From positions 1-35,427 of the IMG/VR virus record IMGVR_UViG_3300020042_010264: DNA of 35,427 nt. The stretch is one strand, 5' to 3'. Within the stretch, counting starts at the first letter, position 1, and every line of letters begins with the position of its first letter. The stretch is from a virus. Lineage: Duplodnaviria; Caudoviricetes. The translations under genes were made by a program, and so were the position numbers. The notes under the pieces were generated by a model that was given only the letters and a program-made list of their open reading frames with translations, was not told the origin of the DNA and made no database searches. Of this stretch, positions 25,755 to 35,427 are shown piece by piece.

Positions 25755-28664
25755 ATGCCTTATAATTTTGAAGGAACTTTTACACAACCATTACTATTAA
25801 AATTAGACAATGGTACTATCACTGGTGCAAGTGATTGGGCTGATGCTATAACTACAGGCTATATAGACACAATTAAAGCTGGTTTACCACAAAACACACC
25901 ACCGACACTTCCAGCACCAGGTTTAAATCCAACTTCACCACCTCCATTTGCAATTGGTGCATCTGGCTTTAGTACAGCTGATACCCGCAGTAAATTGATG
26001 TATAACGTGGTGTATGCTTATTTTTATGCAAAAGAGTTGTCATTAGACAAGGCAGCAATAAAAAGCCTGACAGCGACGGTTAAACAGCTGTTAGCTAAGA
26101 TTAAAAATGGAGCTCAAAAAATAAAAAGCATAATCACAAAGATTAAATTTATAGCTGAGCAGTTAAAGCAGCTGCCTAAAATTATTGTTGACGTTATTGC
26201 TGGAATAAAGGATGAGATAAAAAATCGAATAGATGATTTGAAAGATGTGTTTGGATTGATCGATAACGCTAGAGTATCATTTGGTGCTGAGCAATTTCAA
26301 TCACTTTTTGCTCGTGAGATTAGTATTATTAATAGTATAAAAAACTTTAATCCATTAGATGTATCTGGTTTGGCTGCCATTGTGTCTTTTGTTACAAGCT
26401 TTAGTAAAAACACAAACAACCAAAGCGGTAGTCAAGCAGATCAGTTAAAAAATTACATACAAGGAAGATTAGTTAGTGTTGCTAAAGTGTTTATTGAGCT
26501 TGTAAAAGGTGTAGCAGACCCAACAAAAATATTTGTTTTTGTAAAGCAACTAGCTACCGATAACGATCGGATCAAGTCTTTGTTTGAAAAAGTAAGCTTA
26601 TTTGACAACATTGTGCGTGTTTTGCAACCACAATTACGCAGTCTTGAGGCAAAAAAGAAAGCTCTAATAAAACAAGCTCGCGATTTTCTTCAAGAAAAGC
26701 TGATAGCACTGCAAAAAAAACTTAACGATAAGATAAGTGAATATGCGCAAAAACTAAAAACTAGTAAGGCTTTGGGCTTGTATAAAAAGGCTAGTGGTGT
26801 TATCAACGATTTTAAGAAAAAAAATCAAGTTAAAATAAAAAAAGCTAAAACAAACATAACCGTTTTAACTAAAGCTCTTAAAAAGTCTAACGATATAGTA
26901 AAAGCTGTTGTGGCATTAACCAAGGAACTTGAGATTGAATTTTCGTCCATAAAGCAGGATATTGTAAATCAACAAAAAAGTTTAAGCATTCCCAGAATAA
27001 CCTTTAATCCAACAATTGATACAAATGCCTTGACTAGATTACCTAATGTAGCAACTGGCGTTCAAAGCATTACAGCATTAGCAAAAAAACAAGAATCTAA
27101 TAAATTACATCCTTATTTTGAATCCTTAGGACTTGGTGCTTTTTCGAGTTTAGGTACCAAAGTCATGGAAGATACTCAGTGCGACTTGGATACGTTTAAA
27201 TCTTTTTTTGAAAAGCGTAGTAGCAGTGTGACACAATATGCTACTAACATACAAACAATATTAAATAACCTATCAGAGGTGATAACTCTTGTGCAATCAA
27301 TTAAAGGAGGTCCAACAAACAACGTTAAAAAATTGCAACACTGGCTAACCAGTAGAGTGGTTACTCTAAAAGATTTATTGCACACCATAGTTGTCAAGCT
27401 TGAACCTAAGGTAAAAAAAATAAAAGATTGGATCAGAACCAAGATTAATGAAGTAAAAAAGCTAATTGAAACACATTTAAAAAAGTTTGCTGAAAATTTA
27501 AAGGTGTTTGCTATTAATTTGCTACCGTTAAACAGTACTGTACAGGATGTAATTGATAAGAAAGCTGAGTTGGAAGCTAAGGTGAAAAAGATTAAAGATA
27601 AAATAGCTCAATTAAAGCAGTTAGCTGAGTTGGGTATTGCTGTTTCTAAAATGGCCTTTGGTGGTATTGCTCTTGGTACTAATATAGCAAAGGGTGATTT
27701 TGCCTTTTCTAAAAATCAAACACCAATAAACAAACTCCTAGATGGTTATTATGCAATAAAAGCATTTAAGCAAACGGGTGGTGTTAAAACACAACTGGTT
27801 GCAGAAAAGGAAAAATTTAAAGAGCATTTTAAAACATTAATAGTTATTGAGTCGTTGTTGGTTGGATTTGTTGAATCCATGAGTGACATTAAAAATAGTG
27901 ATTTTTTGAGCGACTTAAAAAACACAGTCAATAATCTAGGTAGCAATGCTCCTGGTATTGGCACATTAAAAGCTCTCGTTGCGTTGTTTGAAAATCCTCC
28001 TAAATCACCATTAGCCATAAAAACAGCTATTGAGCAATTTAGTTTTGGAGCATTGAATGATATAAATGTATTAAATGTTCTTGTAAACTTAGAAAAAAAG
28101 TATCTATCAAAAAGTAGAGCTGTTATTCAGACTTTGTGTGATATTAAATCTCCTGTGGGATCTAAATATGAAAAAAAGCTACTTAAAATAAAAACAGCAT
28201 TAGATAAAAAACAATCTTTTTTAGCTAATTTGTTTCAAATGCTGTTGTCTGAGATTAAATCTTTTGCTATATTCATAGCTAAGAAACTCAGTGTTGTGGT
28301 TGATTACGTAAAAAAGAAAATAGAGGTTGTGAAAGTTAAAATACAAGTAGAAGCTGATAAGCTTATAGACAAGGTTAAGGAAAAGCTTGTCAATGTAGAA
28401 GCACCTATCATGAGTTTTACTTTTGAATTAGCAGCTAGATTGTTCTGGACTGGTGCAACATGGCAAGGATCGAGTGGGACAACACACATAACATTCAACA
28501 CTGGCCCTTTTACACCTATAAAAGCAAAATCAACTGATGGTGCATCAGCTTTGGTAAAAGAGATTGCTAGAGGTTTTGAGTCACAATTACAAACATTACA
28601 GGGTATTTTAATACCACCACCAAATACTTTAATTCCACCCATACCATTTACTGGCTACAAATAA
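25755..28664 (+). CDS. large Lys-rich helical tail/baseplate-associated protein
   Basis: 969 aa; Pro/Gly-rich termini flank about 750 aa of amphipathic helix; lies in the baseplate cluster. Confidence 0.6.
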   Translation: MPYNFEGTFTQPLLLKLDNGTITGASDWADAITTGYIDTIKAGLPQNTPPTLPAPGLNPTSPPPFAIGASGFSTADTRSKLMYNVVYAYFYAKELSLDKAAIKSLTATVKQLLAKIKNGAQKIKSIITKIKFIAEQLKQLPKIIVDVIAGIKDEIKNRIDDLKDVFGLIDNARVSFGAEQFQSLFAREISIINSIKNFNPLDVSGLAAIVSFVTSFSKNTNNQSGSQADQLKNYIQGRLVSVAKVFIELVKGVADPTKIFVFVKQLATDNDRIKSLFEKVSLFDNIVRVLQPQLRSLEAKKKALIKQARDFLQEKLIALQKKLNDKISEYAQKLKTSKALGLYKKASGVINDFKKKNQVKIKKAKTNITVLTKALKKSNDIVKAVVALTKELEIEFSSIKQDIVNQQKSLSIPRITFNPTIDTNALTRLPNVATGVQSITALAKKQESNKLHPYFESLGLGAFSSLGTKVMEDTQCDLDTFKSFFEKRSSSVTQYATNIQTILNNLSEVITLVQSIKGGPTNNVKKLQHWLTSRVVTLKDLLHTIVVKLEPKVKKIKDWIRTKINEVKKLIETHLKKFAENLKVFAINLLPLNSTVQDVIDKKAELEAKVKKIKDKIAQLKQLAELGIAVSKMAFGGIALGTNIAKGDFAFSKNQTPINKLLDGYYAIKAFKQTGGVKTQLVAEKEKFKEHFKTLIVIESLLVGFVESMSDIKNSDFLSDLKNTVNNLGSNAPGIGTLKALVALFENPPKSPLAIKTAIEQFSFGALNDINVLNVLVNLEKKYLSKSRAVIQTLCDIKSPVGSKYEKKLLKIKTALDKKQSFLANLFQMLLSEIKSFAIFIAKKLSVVVDYVKKKIEVVKVKIQVEADKLIDKVKEKLVNVEAPIMSFTFELAARLFWTGATWQGSSGTTHITFNTGPFTPIKAKSTDGASALVKEIARGFESQLQTLQGILIPPPNTLIPPIPFTGYK

Positions 28665-28689
28665 ATTATTAACTATTTATATTAAAACA

Positions 28690-29160
28690 ATGAAAGCATC
28701 ACAGTTTGTTGAACTATTACGTAAAGTGATTCGTGAAGAAGTTCGAACAGTAGTAAAGGAAGAACTTAAACCTTTAAAGTCATTACTAGCTGAAAGACAA
28801 TCAGTAGGAGCAGCTCCGATTAAAAAACCAAGTCAGCCTACACAAAAATTTATTAACAATGTAAGAACAGCACCACCTAAACCAGCATTTAGTGGTCCTT
28901 TATCAAGCATACTAAACGAAACCGCAGCATCCATGTTTAATACAAATGATTCCGAAACTGAAGAATGGCCTGATATGAATAATGGCACACTTACTGCAGA
29001 TGATGCACCTATGTCCATGATGAGCATGTTTAATGATAATGATGACCTTCCTTCTTCAGGACCGATGGATATGAGTGGTGATCCAACAAGAGCGTTTATG
29101 AAAGATTATTCTGGCATATTATCAAGAGCTAACGAATTGGCTCAAAATCATAGAGGATAA
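28690..29160 (+). CDS. hypothetical late protein
   Basis: TATTTAT at 28674-28680; N-terminal LLRKVIREEVR helix, low-complexity middle. Confidence 0.7.
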   Translation: MKASQFVELLRKVIREEVRTVVKEELKPLKSLLAERQSVGAAPIKKPSQPTQKFINNVRTAPPKPAFSGPLSSILNETAASMFNTNDSETEEWPDMNNGTLTADDAPMSMMSMFNDNDDLPSSGPMDMSGDPTRAFMKDYSGILSRANELAQNHRG

Positions 29161-29582
29161 TGGCAGTAGAGATAAGAATTCACCCATTAGATTTTGAACC
29201 CGATGTTGCAATTGGTATTGGTTTACCAATGATGGCTGCTAATGGTACTGGCTTTTATATGCTATATACAACTATTGATCAAGCAATTGCCAATTCTAGG
29301 AATTTATTATTAACAAATAAAGGTGAGCGTATCATGCAACCTACCTTTGGTTGTGATCTTAGAACCATAGTTTTTGATAACATTACTGAAGATCTTGTCG
29401 CTAAGATTGAAGATGTGATAAAAACTGAGTTTGGTTATTGGTTACCGTATATATTTATAAACGAGCTCGTTGTTGTTCCTAGCGAAGATACAAATCAAAT
29501 AGCCATTACTTTAAAAATAAGTTTAGAAGGTAATAAGTTTGACACTAGGTCCATACAATTAGAGGTATCAATTAATCAATAA
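29160..29582 (+). CDS. baseplate wedge subunit, T4 gp25-like
   Basis: NLLLTNKGERIMQPTFGCDL signature. Confidence 0.9.
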   Translation: MAVEIRIHPLDFEPDVAIGIGLPMMAANGTGFYMLYTTIDQAIANSRNLLLTNKGERIMQPTFGCDLRTIVFDNITEDLVAKIEDVIKTEFGYWLPYIFINELVVVPSEDTNQIAITLKISLEGNKFDTRSIQLEVSINQ

Positions 29583-29589
29583 ACATAGC

Positions 29590-31482
29590 ATGGCTAGTAT
29601 ATCAAAAACGACATCTAAGGATATAAAATATTTAGGTAGGGATTTTGACTCTTTGAAAAAAGGGTTAATTGAATTTACAAAAACATACTATCCTAACACG
29701 TATAACGACTTTAATGAAGCGTCTCCTGGAATGATGTTTGTTGAAATGGCTGCATATGTTGGTGATGTTCTTAATTATTACATTGATTCACAGCTTAAGG
29801 AATCACTTCTATTGCAGGCTACAGAAAGACGTAACATATTGTCAATAGCAGCTGCAATGGGATATAAACCTAAAATTAGTGTTCCATCTGTTGTTGAATT
29901 GGATGTATTTCAATTGCTACCAGCTAATGGAACTGGTGTTAATATCATGCCAGACACTAATTACAGCTTGAAAGTTTCGCCTGGAATGAGAACTAGAAGT
30001 TCTGCTGGCAATATTGAGTTTATAACACAAAACACAATTGATTTTGGCGTTAATACCGTATATGATACAACAGAGTATTCTGTCTATAGTATAGATGCAA
30101 CAGGAGCTCCTAACTATTACTTGGCTAAAAAAACAGTAAAAGCTATATCGGCTATACCTAAAACTAAGACGATTGTAGTTGGTTCAGTTACCAAGTTTCT
30201 TAAAGTGTTGATTGAAGATACCAACTTAATAGGCATACAATCTATTGTAGATAGTGATGGAAACACTTGGTATGAAGTACCTTATTTGGCTCAAGATACT
30301 ATTTTTGAAAAAATTGAAAACACAGCATTAAATGACCCTGATGCTGCTGTATATAGTACTAGTGTGCCTTATTTACTCAAACTTAAAAGAGTTCCTAAAA
30401 GGTTTATTTCTCGTGTAGTAGAAAGAGGAATTGAATTGCAATTTGGATCTGGTGTTAGCTCATCTCCTGATGAAGAGTTGCTTGCTACACCTGAGAATAT
30501 TGGATTATCTCTACCTACTGGCATAGATGATATTGATGCGTCAATTGATCCATCAGCACCTATATTTACTGGTGCTTACGGTATAGCTCCGTCTAACACT
30601 ACACTTACTGTAACTTATTTAGCAGGTGGTGGTGTAACATCAAATGTACCAAGCAATACAATATCTGAAATTGTTGGAGTTGATACGGCTGGTTCTAGCT
30701 TACCTACAGTAAATCAAACACTAAACACTACTATCATAAACTCATTAGCTATAAACAATCCAATTGCAGCTAGTGGTGGTCGTAGTAGTGAAACTGCTGA
30801 TGAGATTAGGGAAAATGCCTTAGCTCAATTAACATCGCAAAACAGAGCTGTAACTAACGAAGATTACACAATAAGAGCATATGCCATGCCTAGTGTATAT
30901 GGGAGCGTTGCAAAAGTGTTTATTACACCAGACGAGCAAAACAATATAACAACAACAGATACCACAGATCGTGTTAGCAATCCGCTTGCCATGAACATGT
31001 ACATGCTTGGCTATACTAATACTAAAAACCTTACACAAGTCAACAGAGCTGTTAAGGAAAACTTAAAAACATATCTTGGACAATATAGAATGTTGACCGA
31101 TAGCATAAACTTTAGAGATGCTTTTATCATTAATATTGGTATTGATTTTGAAATTGTACCGCTACCTAACTACAACAGTAATGAAGTATTGCTTAATTGT
31201 GTTGAAAAGGTTAAAGAGATGTTTCAAATTGATCGTTGGCAAATTAACGAACCTATCATAGTAAGTGATATTTTTAATATTTTACTTACTGTAAAAGGTG
31301 TGCAAACAATCACAAGTGTTAAAATAAAAAACATTAATAGTAGTTCTAATGGTTATAGTGATGTGATTTACGACATAAACGACGCTACTAGAAATGGCAT
31401 TGTGTATCCAAGCTTAGATCCAGCTATTTTTGAAGTAAAGTATCCAAACAACGACATTAAAGGACGTGTAGTAACTTTTTAA
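29590..31482 (+). CDS. baseplate wedge subunit, T4 gp6 / baseplate J-like
   Basis: DFDSLK...YNDFNEASPGMMFVEMAAYVGDVLNYY, LQFGSG, ASGG...E...IR, QNRAVTNEDY. Confidence 0.9.
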   Translation: MASISKTTSKDIKYLGRDFDSLKKGLIEFTKTYYPNTYNDFNEASPGMMFVEMAAYVGDVLNYYIDSQLKESLLLQATERRNILSIAAAMGYKPKISVPSVVELDVFQLLPANGTGVNIMPDTNYSLKVSPGMRTRSSAGNIEFITQNTIDFGVNTVYDTTEYSVYSIDATGAPNYYLAKKTVKAISAIPKTKTIVVGSVTKFLKVLIEDTNLIGIQSIVDSDGNTWYEVPYLAQDTIFEKIENTALNDPDAAVYSTSVPYLLKLKRVPKRFISRVVERGIELQFGSGVSSSPDEELLATPENIGLSLPTGIDDIDASIDPSAPIFTGAYGIAPSNTTLTVTYLAGGGVTSNVPSNTISEIVGVDTAGSSLPTVNQTLNTTIINSLAINNPIAASGGRSSETADEIRENALAQLTSQNRAVTNEDYTIRAYAMPSVYGSVAKVFITPDEQNNITTTDTTDRVSNPLAMNMYMLGYTNTKNLTQVNRAVKENLKTYLGQYRMLTDSINFRDAFIINIGIDFEIVPLPNYNSNEVLLNCVEKVKEMFQIDRWQINEPIIVSDIFNILLTVKGVQTITSVKIKNINSSSNGYSDVIYDINDATRNGIVYPSLDPAIFEVKYPNNDIKGRVVTF

Positions 31483-31484
31483 TT

Positions 31485-32585
31485 ATGATTTTAAGATTTT
31501 ATCCAAAAAAAGACGCAACAATATATGAGTACTATCCAAGTAAAAACACTGGATTAGATGCCATATTAGATGTCAGCAAGATTATAGAAAATAGTAGTAG
31601 CTATAATTCTAGAGTGTTAATTGATTTTGATTACACAGCAATATCTGCAAGTATTGTGTCTTTGGGATACAATCCAAACGCATTCAAATATAACTTAAAA
31701 GCATATTTAGCTGAAGCAGCGGAAATACCTTTAGATTATACGTTGTATTGTTTTCCTACGTATACCAGTTGGAGTATGGGTGTTGGTAGATATGGTAATA
31801 GTCCTGAAACAACTGATGGGGTTAGTTGGCGTTATAAAGATTCAGCTGCAAATGCAGCAACAGCTTGGCTGACTAGTTCATTTCCAGCATTAGTAACAGC
31901 TTCGTGGTCTAATGCATCTGGTGGTGGAACTTGGTATACTTCAAGCGCTGGTAGCCAATCTTTTAGCTACACCACTTCCGATATTGATATAGACGTAACT
32001 GCTATTATACGTCAAGTGCAATCAGGTTCTATTAATTTTAATGGTTTTATTATTAAAAAAAGTGAAAATGATGAAAAGTCAACTACGTCAATATTTAATA
32101 GCTTAAAATTTTTTAGTAAAGATACTCACACAGTTTACTCACCTATAATTGAAGCTAAATATGACGACAGCATCACTGCTGGATCATTAAGCTTAATTAA
32201 TACCGACGATGAAATCAACGTGATAGCTGTTAATATGAAATCAGCTTATGCGGAAACTTCAACTCCATTAATTAGACTTTCATCGAGATATAGATACCCT
32301 GCTGACAGTTTTACTACATCATCTGGTTATCTAGTTCGATATAGACTACCTTCAGACACGCAATACGCTGTGTATAACGCTAATAGCGACGATATTATTG
32401 TGAACTTTAGTGAGTATACCAAATTAAGTGATGACTCGACTAGCAGCTATTTAAAATTGCATTTAGATAGCTTTCAACCACAGAGATATTATAGACTGTT
32501 ATTGAAAGTTCCAAACTCAGGATCTAATTCTGGTTATCAGATTTATGATGACAATTGGATCTTTAAAGTTACACGTAACCAATAA
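31485..32585 (+). CDS. virion structural protein (beta-rich)
   Basis: KDATIYE...NTG...SRVLIDFD; follows gp6. Confidence 0.65.
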   Translation: MILRFYPKKDATIYEYYPSKNTGLDAILDVSKIIENSSSYNSRVLIDFDYTAISASIVSLGYNPNAFKYNLKAYLAEAAEIPLDYTLYCFPTYTSWSMGVGRYGNSPETTDGVSWRYKDSAANAATAWLTSSFPALVTASWSNASGGGTWYTSSAGSQSFSYTTSDIDIDVTAIIRQVQSGSINFNGFIIKKSENDEKSTTSIFNSLKFFSKDTHTVYSPIIEAKYDDSITAGSLSLINTDDEINVIAVNMKSAYAETSTPLIRLSSRYRYPADSFTTSSGYLVRYRLPSDTQYAVYNANSDDIIVNFSEYTKLSDDSTSSYLKLHLDSFQPQRYYRLLLKVPNSGSNSGYQIYDDNWIFKVTRNQ

Positions 32586-34954
32586 TGAGGTATCCAGATG
32601 GCACATTGATAGGCGACCTTAATGATGGGGTAATGGCCACGACTTCTGGTAGCCTAATACGCTATGAAGCTTCAACGCTAAATGAGAATGAAACTTTTTA
32701 TGATTTATTACCCGTTATTGTTAATAAACCACCTGTGATCATTGCGTCTATTACTGACACTTCTACACCACCAATAAAAACCTATACAGCTGAGAATGCA
32801 TCAGGTAATGGAATGTATTTGTTTCCAGATGGTTCTGTTAAAGTTAATTTAGGTGTTTCTATCACATTGCGTTTAGATGCAAAGCAACCTGATGTGTTAA
32901 ATGTAGAAAATGGAATATTAAAATTAATACCAACAAACACAAGTTTACTTTACACGTGGAGAAAAGATGGTGCTCCTATTACGTCCGACGTGATTGAGTC
33001 ATTACAATCTTCATTAACAGTTAACAATAACACTTTAGTGTTTGTTAATGTCCAACCTGAGCATGCAGGTGCTTACACTTGTACTGTATCTAATGACATA
33101 GGATCCGTAGTAAGCGAACCAATCACACTGGAGGTTTACAATCTTGATTTTGATAGTTACTTTTATAAAAACTTAATTACCAATCCATATGGTGCTGATG
33201 AAGCTAATGGTTGGGAGTCTTCCGGTAATGACTTAACCACAAAAAAGTTTAGCAAGACACCGTCACATGAATACACAAAGCCTAATCGTATTGACTTGTT
33301 TGGATACACAAAAGACATGCTACATCCAAGACCTTACCAAATAGATACGGGTGTTATAAAAGGCTTTGATATGGTTGAAGATTTGGTAAACAAAAATGGT
33401 AGCTATTTTACCCGATCACGATTTAAGTTTCAAAAGCTGGGTGGTACAACTTTGGTGAGAGCTTATCAAGATATAGATTTAGCCGATATACAAAATTTAA
33501 TTAAAGGTAGTGTATATGGTGTTACAGGTGTAAGGATGCTATTCAGCTGTTATATTGGAAATGCTATTTCATATTACATACCAGTGGATCAATTGGTAAT
33601 TCCCAGTAGTAGATTGGTAGCCAGTAACTATGATACCAAGGAACCTAGACTCAGTGTTGCTAATTTTTTAAAGGCAGGACCTGCTTGGGTTCCACAAGAA
33701 TCTATATATGTTACTATAGAAGAGTATGATAACGAAACAAGACTTGAAAGCACACTACTAAATAATGATGGAACAAGGAGGAGATATAGAAGTAAAGTGC
33801 GTGTATTAGATCCTTGGAATAAAGCAATAGCTAAACCCAAACCATCAAGATTTTACGTTAGTGGCTCGAAAGGTGATTTTAGAGATGCATTGCTTTTTGC
33901 AGCTGATGTAATACTTCCGGATAAGCAAACAAGATCCACTTATGGTCAGTATATAGAATTTAATAAGTTGGTTTTTGATAGGCTAAATCCAAGAACCACA
34001 AAAGTTAGAGTTACTTTAAATTTTGAAACAAAAGGAAGCGATTGGAGAGTCTTTCAAAGTCCAGGTGCGTATGGTGAAACCAATTCTAGCAATGATGAAA
34101 TATTTGAACATTTAAGTTGGCAGGTTCCTTATGTTAGAAATAGCTGGTCTGTACCACCTAACAATGATTACAATAACTTTATACCTAACATAATTAAAAA
34201 ATTTGCTATTGAGAACTCTCAACCTTATAAAGATGCTGTAGCTACAGCAAAAGCAACAACAGCTGTTGCACAAGCTGCAATTGATGCAGCAAATGATATG
34301 AAAGATAATAAAGAAAAAGCAGTACAAATTACAATTGATGCACAAGAAGCTATTAGAGCAGCTAATGCATCTGTTGTAGATGCAGCAGCAGCTGCAGCAG
34401 AAAGTGTAATACTATCTGAGATAATGCCTTCTGGCAATGAACCACGTGGATTAATCACAGCTCTCAACGTAACACTAATACCAATATTATCACAGCAAGA
34501 CAATGTTAATCAGTATAATTTAAAAACAACACTAGCTGTTAACGATACTCCTACATCCACAGTAGCTACTGGATTACAAAGTAACTTTAGTTTTGCTGAT
34601 ACGATACTCAAATACTTACGCTCTGTTGATAGTGTAGCAGTGGCTGTAACTAAAATGGATATTGATAAGCTAACATATAAAGATGTGCCTAACGTATATG
34701 CTGAATACAGGCCTGCCAACATACTGATATACAAATCAAGTTTTAAAAATTTAGCTGCATTTAAAATATTATGCAAAAAAATAGTTTATCATGCCAAGCG
34801 GTTAAAAAACAACAAAGAAGAAATACCACTCAAACTACTACTTGTAACTGATAATGGTACAAACGATAACATAACTGATCAATTATTACAAATACAGTCG
34901 TACGAACTGCAATTAGGTATCCTTGATCAGGCATACTACGATAACATATCTTAG
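32585..34954 (+). CDS. Ig-like domain structural protein, possible receptor-binding protein
   Basis: YTWRKDG...L...V...HAGAYTCTVSN Ig signature, followed by NLITNP.G...GW...YQDIDL (carbohydrate-binding-like). Confidence 0.7.
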   Translation: MRYPDGTLIGDLNDGVMATTSGSLIRYEASTLNENETFYDLLPVIVNKPPVIIASITDTSTPPIKTYTAENASGNGMYLFPDGSVKVNLGVSITLRLDAKQPDVLNVENGILKLIPTNTSLLYTWRKDGAPITSDVIESLQSSLTVNNNTLVFVNVQPEHAGAYTCTVSNDIGSVVSEPITLEVYNLDFDSYFYKNLITNPYGADEANGWESSGNDLTTKKFSKTPSHEYTKPNRIDLFGYTKDMLHPRPYQIDTGVIKGFDMVEDLVNKNGSYFTRSRFKFQKLGGTTLVRAYQDIDLADIQNLIKGSVYGVTGVRMLFSCYIGNAISYYIPVDQLVIPSSRLVASNYDTKEPRLSVANFLKAGPAWVPQESIYVTIEEYDNETRLESTLLNNDGTRRRYRSKVRVLDPWNKAIAKPKPSRFYVSGSKGDFRDALLFAADVILPDKQTRSTYGQYIEFNKLVFDRLNPRTTKVRVTLNFETKGSDWRVFQSPGAYGETNSSNDEIFEHLSWQVPYVRNSWSVPPNNDYNNFIPNIIKKFAIENSQPYKDAVATAKATTAVAQAAIDAANDMKDNKEKAVQITIDAQEAIRAANASVVDAAAAAAESVILSEIMPSGNEPRGLITALNVTLIPILSQQDNVNQYNLKTTLAVNDTPTSTVATGLQSNFSFADTILKYLRSVDSVAVAVTKMDIDKLTYKDVPNVYAEYRPANILIYKSSFKNLAAFKILCKKIVYHAKRLKNNKEEIPLKLLLVTDNGTNDNITDQLLQIQSYELQLGILDQAYYDNIS

Positions 34955-34970
34955 ATCCTATTTATTATAG

Positions 34971-35427
34971 ATGGAAAACAAACATACAATAAAATTATCA
35001 CCACTAAACGAAGATCGTGCAATACGAGCTGGTGATTTTTTACTATTACCAACAAATCTTGATGCACCTATTATTGTATCACAACCAGTAGGCAACTTTA
35101 ATCAGTATACTTGGATTGAAAGCTTTCGTGAGTCAATGCCTGTATTTCAGCAGTTAAAATCAAGCTTTAATACGGTTAATGTTTTGAAGAATACTAAATT
35201 GAGTTGGGAAGTGAGAGTAATGGATCCATCAAATGTTAATGATGAAAACAGTACCGACAATTTGGTTTTTTTATGGAAAAAAAATGATGCACCGTTGTAT
35301 GATATTAATCAATTAAACAATAATAATGGTGTAAGTGGTGTTTTAATTAATGGAAATTTATGTGTTCCTGAGTTGTCTGGTGTGTATACGTGTGAGATAT
35401 CCAACAACTCAGGTACAAGCGAAACAC
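34971..35427 (+). CDS. Ig-like domain protein, 5' part (truncated by window end; not in ORF track)
   Basis: MENKHTIKLSP...FLWKKNDAPL...SGVYTCEISN, open to the window end; TATTTAT at 34959-34965. Confidence 0.8.
   Translation, partial: MENKHTIKLSPLNEDRAIRAGDFLLLPTNLDAPIIVSQPVGNFNQYTWIESFRESMPVFQQLKSSFNTVNVLKNTKLSWEVRVMDPSNVNDENSTDNLVFLWKKNDAPLYDINQLNNNNGVSGVLINGNLCVPELSGVYTCEISNNSGTSET

Noticed and set aside
21953-34776. Many short minus-strand and alternate-frame ORFs overlapping long genes (also at 406, 1017, 2189, 3130, 13717 and others)
   Set aside because: Shadow ORFs of well-supported genes, with no motifs or expression signals.
1-35427. Genome-wide stop-codon reassignment (TAG or TGA)
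   Set aside because: Long genes are intact in the standard code, TAG and TGA end several genes normally, and neither tRNA is a suppressor.

Overview
This window is a 35.4-kb segment of a large, AT-rich, contractile-tailed (myovirus-like, probably jumbo) dsDNA phage. The host is most likely a Bacteroidota bacterium, inferred from Bacteroidota-type -33/-7 promoters with a 20-bp spacer and A-rich, mostly Shine-Dalgarno-free leaders. Left to right it contains five regions. (1) An early module (0.4-6.8 kb) organised by three copies of a ~109-bp operator/promoter element, encoding winged-helix-like proteins, a MoxR/CobS-like AAA+ ATPase, a HEXXH peptidase and a frameshifted HEXXH-peptidase/vWA (CobT-like) gene. 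(2) A G-run-rich non-coding island, then DNA ligase, small modular ORFs, a metallophosphoesterase, a GH73-like hydrolase and an insertion-rich thyA. (3) A cassette array in which copies of the thyA 3' end separate single cargo genes (unknown, ADP-ribosyltransferase-like, HPPD-like). (4) A minus-strand lysis/GNAT cluster, then tRNA-Gln, tRNA-Met, an ORF looped out by a boxA-containing long-range stem, and a tmRNA with a 25-codon tag. (5) An HD hydrolase, a gp55-like late sigma factor and a baseplate/tail cluster (split gp5-like spike, GH108 and M15 hydrolases, gp25, gp6, Ig-domain proteins). All protein calls are motif recognition by eye; no searches were run.
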